This document shows positions 27,065 to 36,737 of a stretch of DNA of 53,615 bases, piece after piece. The translations under genes were made by a program, and so were the position numbers. A model generated the notes under the pieces. That model was given only the letters and a program-made list of their open reading frames with translations. It was not told where the DNA came from and did no database searches. The stretch comes from Euryarchaeota archaeon UBA89. Lineage in GTDB: Archaea; Thermoplasmatota; Poseidoniia; Poseidoniales; Thalassarchaeaceae. The stretch's first letter is position 1. Every line of letters starts with the position of its first letter. The stretch is from the NCBI GenBank assembly GCA_002495525.1, contig DAFS01000008.1, positions 1-53,615 on the forward strand. Reading direction: 5' to 3'.

Positions 27065-30000
27065 ATGAATAACAAGAAAATAATTGCAATGATGATGACC
27101 CTGAGTATGCTAGCAGCAGCATTTGCTGGTTGCTTAGGCGGAGATGACGATGAAGACCCAGATGTGGAAGATTGGACATTAACACCGGCTGCAGATGTAG
27201 CCGCAGTGTTCGTAACTTCTGACTGGGACCCGATTATCCCCAACTTGAACGCCGGAGAGATGTGTGACGCAATCCTTTCCGCTATGACCAAGACTGATGA
27301 AAGAGAAGTTGTGGTCGATTTCACACGTGGTTACTACACAAGTAGCCAAGGTGTAATCGGTGCTACAGGTTCTGCAGCAATCACTGATGCTCTTGATCTA
27401 AACATGGCAGGTACAACAGTAGCCGTACAATCTGGAACAACTTCAGATTTGTGGGCTAACGAAAATCTGCCTGATGCGACAATTGTTGCATATGCAGATT
27501 TCCCATCAGTAACAGCTTCAATCAGTAACGGTGAAGCAGATTATGCAATGGGTGACTCACCTGTTCTAGCACTAACTGGTGACCTAATGGTTACTTTCTC
27601 TGATGAAACATTCGGTATCGCTGTAGATGATGGCGATTCAGAACTTCTTGGCGCAATAAATGTGGCAATTACAGCAATGATTGATTCAGGAGAATATGAC
27701 CTAATCTTTGGTGCAACATTCGAAGGTGCTGTAGTATTAACAGATGATACAGATGCAAACACCGCAACATCATACCCAATGGCAACAGAAGGTAGCAGAT
27801 TAGCACATGTTCTAGAATCTGGAGAATTAAGATTCTGCTCTGACACATCATACCCTCCATTCGAGAGTCTAGATGCTGACGGAAACGCAGTCGGTTTCGA
27901 TGTAGATATTGGTAATGCAATCGCAGATGAGATGGCAGCACACTACATGGGTAATGCAAACCCAACTTTCGTACCTCCTGTAGAGGACAAAGTAATCAAG
28001 ATCGGATTCTTGAATGACGCAACAGGGCCTATCTCAGTTTATGCTGATGCATTCACATATGCTGCAAATGCAGCAGGAGATATGCTTTCCACAAATGACG
28101 GATATACTTTCGAGATTGTAGAAGCAGATTCTGCATGTGATGGTACAGCAGCAGGTACAGCAGCTCAGTCATTGGTTGACTCAGGAGTAGTTGGAGTGGC
28201 TGGAGCAGCATGTTCTGGTGCATCAATAGGTGCTAATGCAGTACTTTCAGCAGCAGGAATCCCTATGGTTTCCTACGCAAGTACTAGCCCAGCATTATCT
28301 GATTCTGTAGCTCATCCTGATTTCTTCCGTATAGTGCCTAGTGACGCTATTCAAGGCGATGCTATGGCTGATATGGTAGCAGCAAGTGGAGTAGCTTCAC
28401 CTGCACTAATTCACATGACTAATGCATACGGAGCCGGTCTTGCAGATTCTTTCGAATCATACTGGACTGGTATGGGTAATACACTGTGTACAAAGTTAGG
28501 ATATGAAGAAACAGCTACTGATTTCTCAGCCGCAGTACAAGCGGTAATGGATGCAGGCTGTGATTCAGCAGTCCTAGCTTCTTACTCAGCAGATGGTGCA
28601 ATGATAATTGAGACCATGGCAGTAATGGGTGCAACAATCCCAACATTCGGTGCTGATGGAATTGCTGGTGAATCAGCTCTAAACGATTACACAAATCCGG
28701 CTGCAGCTAATGGTGTACAAGTAACATACCCTAGAGCAGCATCTGGTGGAGCAGGTTCATTCGGAACTATGTGTGCAGCTGATGCAGTTTGTGGTTCTGG
28801 TATCTACACACTGGAAGCTTATGACGCAGTAATGATGATTGGTCACGCAGCTATGATGGAAGATGGAGCAAATATGGCTTCGCACATTGATATGGTTGGT
28901 AGCGACTATGCTGGAGAAAGTGGTACACTAACTTTCCTTGACAACGGAGACGTTGGAGGAAGTGGATATGATGTTTGTACATTCAATCACGTACCTACAT
29001 ACGGTGACTACTACAACTGTGATATGATGTGGTCTGCGGCTGGAGGATTAGAAGCGGCAACATTCATGGGAGCTACTGTAAAGATCGGTTTCCTTAATGA
29101 CGCAACAGGGCCAATTGCTGTATATGCAATGGGCTTCGTAGCAGCATCACAAATAGCTGTTGGAATCGCTAATACAATCGGATGGAACAGTATGGTTCAA
29201 TTCGAGATAGTCTATGCAGATTCAGGTTGTGATGGTACTATGGCAGCATCTGCAGCTCAATCATTAATTGACGCTGGAGTAGTTGGAGTTGTTGGAGCAG
29301 CTTGCTCTGGCGCATCAATGGGTGCTAACGCAGTACTTTCAGCAGCAGGAATCCCGCAGATTTCCTATGCAAGTACTAGCCCTGCACTTTCAGATGCAGT
29401 AGCTCATCCAGACTTCTTCCGAGTTGTTCCAAGCGATGCATTACAAGGTCAAGCACTTAGCGCAGTTGTGCAAGCTGATATGCCAGCCGATGATTCAGTG
29501 GGATTAATCCATATGACTAACGCATATGGTGCAGGTCTCGCAGATTCCTTTGCAGATGATTTTACTAATTCATCAGGTAACACACTTTGTACAAGAATAG
29601 GCTATGAAGAAACAACAACAGATTTCTCTGCAGCAGTTCAATCAATGGTTGACAATGGCTGTACTTCTGCAGTATTAGTATCATATGCGGCAGATGGTGG
29701 AATGATTATCGATGAGATGGCTTCACTCGGTTGGTCAGGCCAAGTATACGGTGGAGATGGAATCGCTGAAGAAGGTCTTGCAGCAGATACATCTTCTAGT
29801 GTTGACGGTGTAATTGCTACAAAACCAGCAGCTGGATCAATGGGTACAGTTGGATATGTATTCCAAGGTCTTTGCGCACAATCAGCTGATTGTGCTGGTG
29901 GTATCTACACTGCTGAGGCATTCGATTCAGTGGTTGTAATGGCATTAAGTGCATTCGCTCAGATGGCATCTCCTGGTGCAACTCTAAGTCAAGTAATTAT

Positions 30001-30166
30001 GGCTACAGGTCAAGGAGTTGACGGAGCAAGTGGAACGATTTCTTTCCTTGCTAATGGAGACGTCCCTGGTGCAGGATACTGTGTTGGAGATTTCACTGAA
30101 GATGCAGATGGAAATGTTGCATTTACTTGCAACCGTAGCTGGGACCCAGCAAACGGAATGTCTTGA
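27065..30166 (+). CDS. Composite lipoprotein-type ABC substrate-binding protein: polar-amino-acid (type 3) SBP module plus two tandem LivK-like modules
   Basis: Signal with lipobox-like AAAFAGC. SBP_bac_3-like blocks are DFTRGYYTSSQGVIG, TVAVQSGTTSD and NGEADYAMGD. Two LivK-like modules each carry KIGFLNDATGP, GVVGV(A/V)GAACSGAS, SYASTSPALSD and HPDFFR(I/V)VPSD. The ORF opens at 27029 but a TATA-like tataaat at about 27017 favours ATG 27065. Confidence 0.85.
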   Translation: MNNKKIIAMMMTLSMLAAAFAGCLGGDDDEDPDVEDWTLTPAADVAAVFVTSDWDPIIPNLNAGEMCDAILSAMTKTDEREVVVDFTRGYYTSSQGVIGATGSAAITDALDLNMAGTTVAVQSGTTSDLWANENLPDATIVAYADFPSVTASISNGEADYAMGDSPVLALTGDLMVTFSDETFGIAVDDGDSELLGAINVAITAMIDSGEYDLIFGATFEGAVVLTDDTDANTATSYPMATEGSRLAHVLESGELRFCSDTSYPPFESLDADGNAVGFDVDIGNAIADEMAAHYMGNANPTFVPPVEDKVIKIGFLNDATGPISVYADAFTYAANAAGDMLSTNDGYTFEIVEADSACDGTAAGTAAQSLVDSGVVGVAGAACSGASIGANAVLSAAGIPMVSYASTSPALSDSVAHPDFFRIVPSDAIQGDAMADMVAASGVASPALIHMTNAYGAGLADSFESYWTGMGNTLCTKLGYEETATDFSAAVQAVMDAGCDSAVLASYSADGAMIIETMAVMGATIPTFGADGIAGESALNDYTNPAAANGVQVTYPRAASGGAGSFGTMCAADAVCGSGIYTLEAYDAVMMIGHAAMMEDGANMASHIDMVGSDYAGESGTLTFLDNGDVGGSGYDVCTFNHVPTYGDYYNCDMMWSAAGGLEAATFMGATVKIGFLNDATGPIAVYAMGFVAASQIAVGIANTIGWNSMVQFEIVYADSGCDGTMAASAAQSLIDAGVVGVVGAACSGASMGANAVLSAAGIPQISYASTSPALSDAVAHPDFFRVVPSDALQGQALSAVVQADMPADDSVGLIHMTNAYGAGLADSFADDFTNSSGNTLCTRIGYEETTTDFSAAVQSMVDNGCTSAVLVSYAADGGMIIDEMASLGWSGQVYGGDGIAEEGLAADTSSSVDGVIATKPAAGSMGTVGYVFQGLCAQSADCAGGIYTAEAFDSVVVMALSAFAQMASPGATLSQVIMATGQGVDGASGTISFLANGDVPGAGYCVGDFTEDADGNVAFTCNRSWDPANGMS
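27998..30163 (+). repeat. Intragenic tandem duplication (2 x 1083 nt) encoding the two LivK-like modules
   Basis: The unit starting aagatcggattcttgaatgacgcaacagggcc (27998) recurs as aagatcggtttccttaatgacgcaacagggcc (29081). Long stretches are near-identical at nucleotide level, for example gcagtactttcagcagcaggaatccc in both copies. Confidence 0.8.
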
Positions 30167-30195
30167 TTAATTAATTGATTAACAAGATACGTAAA

Positions 30196-30235
30196 GCAGT
30201 GTGGCGGATTTTCCGCCACACTGCCCTTTTTTTTT
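30196..30235 (+). terminator. Perfect 13-bp hairpin plus T9 tract between the SBP and permease genes
   Basis: gcagtgtggcgga-ttt-tccgccacactgc, followed by cc and nine T residues (30227-30235), 30 nt after the SBP stop codon. Confidence 0.6.
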
Positions 30236-30275
30236 AAAAAAATAAATCTTAATATTTCATGCGTGTGTGTAGGTA

Positions 30276-33200
30276 ATGCTCCAACAGATACGTGAAAATT
30301 ATAATCAACTTTCTAATTCATTTTCTACTACACAGAAGAGATTGATTATCGTATCTATTTTATTCTTAGATTCACTAATATTCGGTTTAACTTACGGAAA
30401 AGGTTTGTTAAATTTTGTAGATACGTTATTACTAGATAAATTACCTACAGATTTGATATGGTTAATGCAGATTGTAGAATCAATTACTGCTGGCTTTATA
30501 GTCGTTAAAATGTTCTTTGATGATATTCCAAAAAGTAATCTGAGAACGGCATTAATTTTCTTATCGCCAATATTTCTAATCATGGTAGTGTTTGTTACAC
30601 TAGAGGCATTACTCCAAGGATTGGAAACACGAGCTACTATTACGTTAGATTTAATTTCAATTTCAACAGGAACTCTAACTTGGGCCTCTACATATCTTGC
30701 TATTGCTATAGGTCTTACTTTGACATATAAAGTTCAGAGATACGGAAATTTTGCTCAATCAGAATTCTTCATGATAGGAATGTATCTAGCCATGATATTA
30801 GTTTGGAGCGATTATTTTGTTCCGATGTACGATGCTCCCCGTGATGGGGTTCTAACTTGGTCTGTTTTATGTTGGACTCTACTGGGGGCATTTGTCCTTA
30901 CTGGAATTGCTGGGATAATAATTGATCGCCTCGTTTATCGTGGTTTTCGTGAAGAAAACGCATCACCTCAAGTAATGATGATTGCCTCTCTAGGAGTTGC
31001 ATTGATACTTCGAGCTTTGACCTACTTACGTTTCGGTTCTTCTAGAAATATGTTCGAACCAGATTCAGATTGGCGAATGCCAACCATGCGCTGGGAACTT
31101 CCAACTACAAAATTCCGATTTAACCTAGGCGAGAGGGATTTAAATTCTGCAGAGCCTTTCTGGGACTCTAATGGTAATGGAATTTATGATAGGGGAAATA
31201 ATGGCTTGTTAGAATCCTTTACTGATTTAGATGGCGATAATCGTTGGGACTCCGGTCAGAGTTATAATCACTATAATTGTGAACAAACGGGAGTTAATGA
31301 GGTAACTGGCGAACCTATTTTGTCCCGAATTGTCAGTGAAGATTCAAGGCCATTTTTTGAGCTATATGATACTAATATCGATTGTATTACTCAGGCAACA
31401 ACAAATTATGCTTACTATAAAGGAATAGTTCCAGTAGTTATTTTCTCATCTGTTGCTATATTGCTACTTTTACTTACAAAAACACGGCTTGGAAGGAAAA
31501 TGCGTGCTGTAGCAGATAATCCAGAACTTGCAGCTAGTAGCGGAATTAATGTTGAACAGATTCAATTGACTAGCGCATTCTTATCGGCAGGAATTTCTGG
31601 TTTAGGTGGTGCTATTTTTGCCATAACTTTGAGATATAACCCTGAAACCGCATTCACTCTACTTTTGCCATCTTTTGCAGTAATCGTTTTAGGAACTATT
31701 GGATCAATTCCTGGAGCCATTGTTGCTTCTTTAATCGTGGGTTTTGTGCGCGCCCTTTCATCTCCTGTTTTAATCGGAATAGGAAGTCCTTTAGGACGTT
31801 CTAATTATACTGCTATGGATGGAGTAATGCCCTATATTTTCCTCGTTGCAGTATTAATGATTATGCCGGAAGGAATTGGAGATGCTTATGAAAAATGGAA
31901 AGTCGATAGGTTGAGGAGTAAAAGGTCTAGAGAGGAACAAAGACGACAGTCCGGTGAATCAGACAAACCTTCAAAATTTGTCACATTTATACTTGCAATA
32001 TTCCCATTAACCGCTTTACTAGGGTTACATAATTGGTGGAATAATAGATCTGATAGAGCCCAAAGTTTAGCATTTCTAAGTTTAGGCGGATATTCTATTC
32101 ATCGCCTTCTTCTTTTTGTTAAGAGAAATTCCTTCTCATCCGGAACATGTTCTGAAGCCTGCGTGTCAAATACAAATATTGATACTAATTTGGGGTTAAT
32201 TACTGGTTCTGATGGAGTTCTTCAGACCGAAGATTCTCCATATTTTACAGATACTATATCTGATATTGATATCTCTTGGTTTGATTTAATGCAAACTGAA
32301 ATATGGTTTGTTGATTTCCTAACATCAATTGATAATCTGTTATGGCCCCTTTTGCCAATTGTTATTTATGCAATCGCATTATTTCAGTGTCAAGAATATT
32401 TATCAGATGAGAGTATGTTAAAGGATACAAAAAAAGACATAAATACTATTTCCAAATCTACAATTTCAATTACAAAGCTTCTTCATGATTTCATATACCT
32501 ATTGAAAAATAAGTATGTAGGATTAGTTTCAATTATTGATTCTTTTGTCAAACCCTTGATGTCTTTTGTTAATGATAATTTATCTAGGAATAAAAATGAT
32601 TTCAAACAAAAGTTCCCTATTCTTTCTAACCGTATGAAATATGGAAGAGAAGGTATACTCGGATCTAATATTATGTTTGTGATCATGTTAATCCTACTGA
32701 TATTATTTTTAATTTGGCTCCCAATTTCAGACTCTGATAATATGAATTTTAGTAAAACATTACAAGTATCTAACGTTCTATTGACTCTTTCCATATTTAT
32801 TCTGATGTCCTTTTCTTTGAACTTACATACTGGAGTTACTGGTATGGTGAATTTTGGCGTAATTTTCTTTGTTGGTATAGGTGCAATCACAGTTGGAATT
32901 TTAACCGCACCTACTGAAGTACATGGGTATGCTTGGCCAGTAATACCGGCGACTATAGCTGCAGTACTACTTGCCGCAGCATTCGGATGGGCTCTAGCAT
33001 ATCCAACAGCTCGTCTGAGAATGGATTATTTCGCTATAGTGACAATTTCTCTTGGAGAGATTGTCAGAGTTTTATTGGCAGGAGAGCCATTACTCAGAGT
33101 AGGTTCAATAGGTTCAGCGATTGGTATTTCTAAGTATACATTGCCACTAAAAGAATGGTGGTTTTGTGGTTCAGGAGTTTCAATTGGTCCCGATTCTGAC

Positions 33201-34097
33201 TACATCAGTGCCGACGCATGCAGGAATGATGAGTTATTATTAGGCCCTGCAAATAAGGTTGGAGAATTATTGAATCTGTCTGATGTAAACGGAGTTATAG
33301 AGCCAGCACCTTACATGTTCTTATTGGCTGTAATGGGAATGGTCTCAGTAGTTCTAGTATGGTGGCTTCTAGAAACAATTCTCTCATCGCCATGGGGTAG
33401 AATTTTGAAAGCAATAAGAGAGGATGAAGAAGTTGCTCAACATCATGGACACGACGTCCTTTCTCATAAAGCAGCAAGTCTTGCCTTAGGGGCGGGAATA
33501 GCAGGACTAGCAGGAGTTCTTTGGGCATGGAAACTAACAGGTTTCGAACCTTCCATTATGGCGCCAGCACGTTCTACCTTCCTTGTGTGGGCTGCCTTCA
33601 TTATTGGTGGTAAAGCAAATAATAAGGGAATGATAATTGGTGCATTTATTATTGTCCTAATGGAGTTCGTATTCAATGTACTCGTAGCAGCACAAGGATC
33701 TCCAGATCTACCTTTACATACAACTGCAGACCGTATAGATAGACTATTTCAATGGCTTGTAACTAATCAATGGGATGCAACTAAAATATTTATTGTAATT
33801 GCGATTATTGGCCTATTATTGAGACACAGAGCAACAATAGATATTGGGATTTCGGGCATATTCATATTCTTATTCACATTATTATTAATGGGCGAGCGTT
33901 CAATTGAAGAATCGTTTACGGGAGGAGTAATCAGGGCAGATATGGCTTACGTGAAGGTACTATTGATTGGATGTTTAATGTTATTTTCACTCAAATTAAA
34001 TCCGAAGGGGCTAATACCCGAGGTGCCATTTAGACCAAATAAGAATTTAATAATTGGAGAATCTAAAGACGTACAAATTGAAGGAGAGGATAGTTAA
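30276..34097 (+). CDS. Fused LivH-LivM branched-chain amino-acid ABC permease with inserted loop and linker domains
   Basis: The N-half is LivH-like (AIAIGLTLTYKVQRYGNFAQSEFFMIGMY; GRKMRAVADNPELAASSGINVEQI). The C-half is LivM-like (LNLHTGVTGMVNFGVIFFVGIG; WGRILKAIREDEEVAQHHGHDV). They are joined by an AT-rich linker of about 250 aa containing extra TM helices. Confidence 0.85.
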   Translation: MLQQIRENYNQLSNSFSTTQKRLIIVSILFLDSLIFGLTYGKGLLNFVDTLLLDKLPTDLIWLMQIVESITAGFIVVKMFFDDIPKSNLRTALIFLSPIFLIMVVFVTLEALLQGLETRATITLDLISISTGTLTWASTYLAIAIGLTLTYKVQRYGNFAQSEFFMIGMYLAMILVWSDYFVPMYDAPRDGVLTWSVLCWTLLGAFVLTGIAGIIIDRLVYRGFREENASPQVMMIASLGVALILRALTYLRFGSSRNMFEPDSDWRMPTMRWELPTTKFRFNLGERDLNSAEPFWDSNGNGIYDRGNNGLLESFTDLDGDNRWDSGQSYNHYNCEQTGVNEVTGEPILSRIVSEDSRPFFELYDTNIDCITQATTNYAYYKGIVPVVIFSSVAILLLLLTKTRLGRKMRAVADNPELAASSGINVEQIQLTSAFLSAGISGLGGAIFAITLRYNPETAFTLLLPSFAVIVLGTIGSIPGAIVASLIVGFVRALSSPVLIGIGSPLGRSNYTAMDGVMPYIFLVAVLMIMPEGIGDAYEKWKVDRLRSKRSREEQRRQSGESDKPSKFVTFILAIFPLTALLGLHNWWNNRSDRAQSLAFLSLGGYSIHRLLLFVKRNSFSSGTCSEACVSNTNIDTNLGLITGSDGVLQTEDSPYFTDTISDIDISWFDLMQTEIWFVDFLTSIDNLLWPLLPIVIYAIALFQCQEYLSDESMLKDTKKDINTISKSTISITKLLHDFIYLLKNKYVGLVSIIDSFVKPLMSFVNDNLSRNKNDFKQKFPILSNRMKYGREGILGSNIMFVIMLILLILFLIWLPISDSDNMNFSKTLQVSNVLLTLSIFILMSFSLNLHTGVTGMVNFGVIFFVGIGAITVGILTAPTEVHGYAWPVIPATIAAVLLAAAFGWALAYPTARLRMDYFAIVTISLGEIVRVLLAGEPLLRVGSIGSAIGISKYTLPLKEWWFCGSGVSIGPDSDYISADACRNDELLLGPANKVGELLNLSDVNGVIEPAPYMFLLAVMGMVSVVLVWWLLETILSSPWGRILKAIREDEEVAQHHGHDVLSHKAASLALGAGIAGLAGVLWAWKLTGFEPSIMAPARSTFLVWAAFIIGGKANNKGMIIGAFIIVLMEFVFNVLVAAQGSPDLPLHTTADRIDRLFQWLVTNQWDATKIFIVIAIIGLLLRHRATIDIGISGIFIFLFTLLLMGERSIEESFTGGVIRADMAYVKVLLIGCLMLFSLKLNPKGLIPEVPFRPNKNLIIGESKDVQIEGEDS

Positions 34098-34873
34098 TGC
34101 AATCAGTGCTTAGAGTTGAGAATCTTCGTAAAGAGTTTGGAGGTCTTGTGGCTGTAAAAGATGTTTCTTTCGAAATTTTCGAAGGAGAATTTGTTGGACT
34201 AATTGGACCTAATGGATGTGGTAAATCAACCACGTTCAATTGTATTAGCGGTCTATTAGACCAGACAACAGGGAAAGTAGAAATTTATGGAAAAGATGTA
34301 TCGAAGATGAGACCAGATCAGATACATAGTTTAGGTATGACAAGAACCTTCCAACACACTCGCCTATGGCGAGAAATGACAGTTATTGAAAATCTATTAG
34401 TCCCTCCAAGAAATCAATTTTCTCCTAATATGATTAAGTCATTACTATTGCCAAAATCTCGTAAGGCAGAGGAAGAAAGATTGCTAGAGGCGTATAATAT
34501 TCTAGAAGAATTAGAAGTCCCTCATATGGCTGAAAATTTGGCAAGTGAATTATCTGGAGGTCAATCAAAATTAGTTGATATTGGAAGATCACGTATGGGT
34601 TCGCCAAAGCTACTTTTACTCGATGAACCGGTTGCAGGTGTAGCAGGACCATTAGCAATGAAAATTTTTAATAATCTAAGAAAAACAGTAGATGAGACCG
34701 GAATTTCTATACTAATAATCGAGCATAATATGGATTTTATTCTTCGGCAAGGTGTTGATAGAATTATTGTTATGAATGAGGGAGAGGTTCTGATGGTGGG
34801 GACTCCGGAAGAAGTGAAATCAAATAGGGCAGTAATTGAAGCATATCTTGGTTCAGCAGGAGAAGAGGAGTGA
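34097..34873 (+). CDS. livG: Branched-chain amino-acid ABC transporter ATP-binding protein LivG
   Basis: Walker A GPNGCGKST, signature LSGGQSKLVDIGR, Walker B LLLLDEP. The start overlaps the permease stop. Confidence 0.9.
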   Translation: MQSVLRVENLRKEFGGLVAVKDVSFEIFEGEFVGLIGPNGCGKSTTFNCISGLLDQTTGKVEIYGKDVSKMRPDQIHSLGMTRTFQHTRLWREMTVIENLLVPPRNQFSPNMIKSLLLPKSRKAEEERLLEAYNILEELEVPHMAENLASELSGGQSKLVDIGRSRMGSPKLLLLDEPVAGVAGPLAMKIFNNLRKTVDETGISILIIEHNMDFILRQGVDRIIVMNEGEVLMVGTPEEVKSNRAVIEAYLGSAGEEE

Positions 34874-35592
34874 GCATAGTGAGTAGAATACTAGACGTAA
34901 AAGGACTCAATGGAGGATATGGCTCAGTACAGATTCTATATGATATCGATCTGTATGTTGAAGAGGGAGAATTTGTTACAATAATCGGGCCGAATGGGTG
35001 TGGAAAATCTACATTCATCAAAACTATATTTGGAATAGCAAGTTACTATTCAGGAGATGTATCTCATAATGAGGAAGATGTGGCAGGTTGGCGTACCGAT
35101 CAATTGGTAAATAGAGGAATCGCATACGTACCACAGGTAGATAATGTATTTCCATCATTAACAATCTATGAGAATTTACAGATGGGAGGCAATAGTCTCT
35201 CGAATATGGTTCTGAATGAAAGAATTGAACGTGCTTTGAATATGTTCCCCGATCTAAAAGAGAGAGTTCATGATCTAGCCGCTTCTCTCTCGGGAGGTGA
35301 AAGGCAAATGTTGGCCATTTCACGTGCTTTGATTTCTAATCCAAAATTTTTATTATTAGATGAACCAACTGCTGCATTGAGTCCCTTGTATCAACAACAA
35401 ATCATTGAACGAATAGATGCTTTGAGAGATGAGGGAATCACGGTTTTAATTGTTGAACAAAATGCACGCTTAAGTCTTGCACGTTCTGATAGAGGATATA
35501 TTTTTGCTGGAGGTAAAGTTGTCCATTCGGGAGATGCCAAGCACATTTTAACAGACCCAGAGATCGGTGAATATTTCCTTGGTTCTCATTGA
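34870..35592 (+). CDS. livF: Branched-chain amino-acid ABC transporter ATP-binding protein LivF
   Basis: Walker A GPNGCGKST, signature LSGGERQMLAISR, Walker B LLLLDEP. The GTG start overlaps the livG stop by 4 nt. Confidence 0.9.
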   Translation: MSIVSRILDVKGLNGGYGSVQILYDIDLYVEEGEFVTIIGPNGCGKSTFIKTIFGIASYYSGDVSHNEEDVAGWRTDQLVNRGIAYVPQVDNVFPSLTIYENLQMGGNSLSNMVLNERIERALNMFPDLKERVHDLAASLSGGERQMLAISRALISNPKFLLLDEPTAALSPLYQQQIIERIDALRDEGITVLIVEQNARLSLARSDRGYIFAGGKVVHSGDAKHILTDPEIGEYFLGSH

Positions 35593-35604
35593 AATATGTA
35601 GGAA

Positions 35605-36219
35605 TCATCTCATTGATAATACCTTTTCCACAGCAATTGGTATGAAATGTAGAGACTTTCCTAAGCGATGACCATCTTCAACTTCTATCAATTCAACATT
35701 TGAATTAGATTCAGCGATCTTTCTGGATGATTCTATTTGTACAATTTCATCAGATATACCGTGTATTACTACAGTTGGATGATTTATTTTGGGCCATGAC
35801 ATTTCCTGAGCACTAACCATAAAATCCCAATTTAATTTTATTTCTTTATTGAGCCCATGATGAAAATAAGGCCTATAACCATTATTTTCCCATTCATCTA
35901 ACCCTTTTTCTCCAGCAATCTTTTGGAAATTTTCTGCCAAACCAAATGCTGGAGCCATCAATACTATTCTCATATCTCTGTCTAATAATTTATTAGCCGC
36001 ATTTGCAATAGCCAATCCTCCGTAAGATGACCCCATTATTAGATCGAAATCATCAATTTCAGAAATCTTATCATAAACAACTTTTGTCTGCTCAGCAATT
36101 GTCCAACCATTCTGACTCATATCAATTGAAACAACATCCCACCCTAGATTTTCTATTATCCAAGTTGGCTTTGAACCATTAGGACTACCCTCAAGTCCAT
36201 GAGCCCAGAGAACTTTCAA
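35605..36219 (-). CDS. Small alpha/beta-fold hydrolase (YqiA-like esterase)
   Basis: Nucleophile elbow GSSYGG. Downstream are IHGISDEIV (Asp) and DGHRL (His). About 200 aa. Confidence 0.7.
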   Translation of the reverse strand: MKVLWAHGLEGSPNGSKPTWIIENLGWDVVSIDMSQNGWTIAEQTKVVYDKISEIDDFDLIMGSSYGGLAIANAANKLLDRDMRIVLMAPAFGLAENFQKIAGEKGLDEWENNGYRPYFHHGLNKEIKLNWDFMVSAQEMSWPKINHPTVVIHGISDEIVQIESSRKIAESNSNVELIEVEDGHRLGKSLHFIPIAVEKVLSMR

Positions 36220-36223
36220 TTTA

Positions 36224-36652
36224 TCACTCCATTCTACAGAACTTTAACGCTACAAAATCAGTATTAGTTTTCTCTCTCTTCATAGCATTAGAATTCAATA
36301 CTCGTAGATGTATTTCAGCAACAATATGTATGGTTGCATGATATAGATGTCCGCCATGTACTAAATGGCCATTATCTGACATTAGAGTATGTAGATGTGT
36401 AAAAGGTCCATCTGGACCCGGAGCTAAATTACCTTGTGTAGATAGCAATTCCATTGGTCCTTCATGAACTAAAGTTTGATAATTTCCATCCGAATCTAAA
36501 TATCCCATCTGAATATTTCTTACTCTTCCTATTCCGCTAGTAATTACAGCGCAATCAATTCCATGTTCCGAAAGACTCTGAATAGACTGATGTATTTCCT
36601 CCCCAGGGTCCAATCTCAAAAGAACATCATCGCCTATCCTACTAAACTCCAT
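36224..36652 (-). CDS. PPC/DUF296 domain protein
   Basis: LRLDPGEEIHQSIQSL...CAVITSGIGRVRNIQMGY...ELLSTQGNL...HLHTLMSD..GHLVHGGHL fits the PPC (DUF296) pattern. Confidence 0.7.
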   Translation of the reverse strand: MEFSRIGDDVLLRLDPGEEIHQSIQSLSEHGIDCAVITSGIGRVRNIQMGYLDSDGNYQTLVHEGPMELLSTQGNLAPGPDGPFTHLHTLMSDNGHLVHGGHLYHATIHIVAEIHLRVLNSNAMKREKTNTDFVALKFCRME

Positions 36653-36726
36653 GAAAGCCGATAGTAGTTACAAACTTTAATCCAACGCTGCTTAATTTTC
36701 TTATGCTCGGCATTTTATTGAAAACA

Positions 36727-36737
36727 TTCCAGTGGAA
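36727..36737. promoter_or_regulatory. Origin-recognition-box-like palindrome TTCCAGTGGAA upstream of mcm
   Basis: A perfect 11-bp palindrome matching, as I recall it, the core of archaeal mini-ORB elements (TCCAGTGGAAA). It lies 129 nt upstream of the mcm ATG in an AT-rich intergenic region. This is the only intergenic copy I could find; two partial look-alikes occur inside CDSs (see the finding and rejected entries). Confidence 0.3.

Noticed and set aside
27025-27965. - strand ORFs (27025-27324, 27541-27846, 27669-27965) opposite the binding-protein gene.
   Set aside because: They are antisense to a gene with clear SBP motifs and carry no motifs of their own. The GC-richer Ala/Gly codons on the sense strand naturally keep the antisense frames open.
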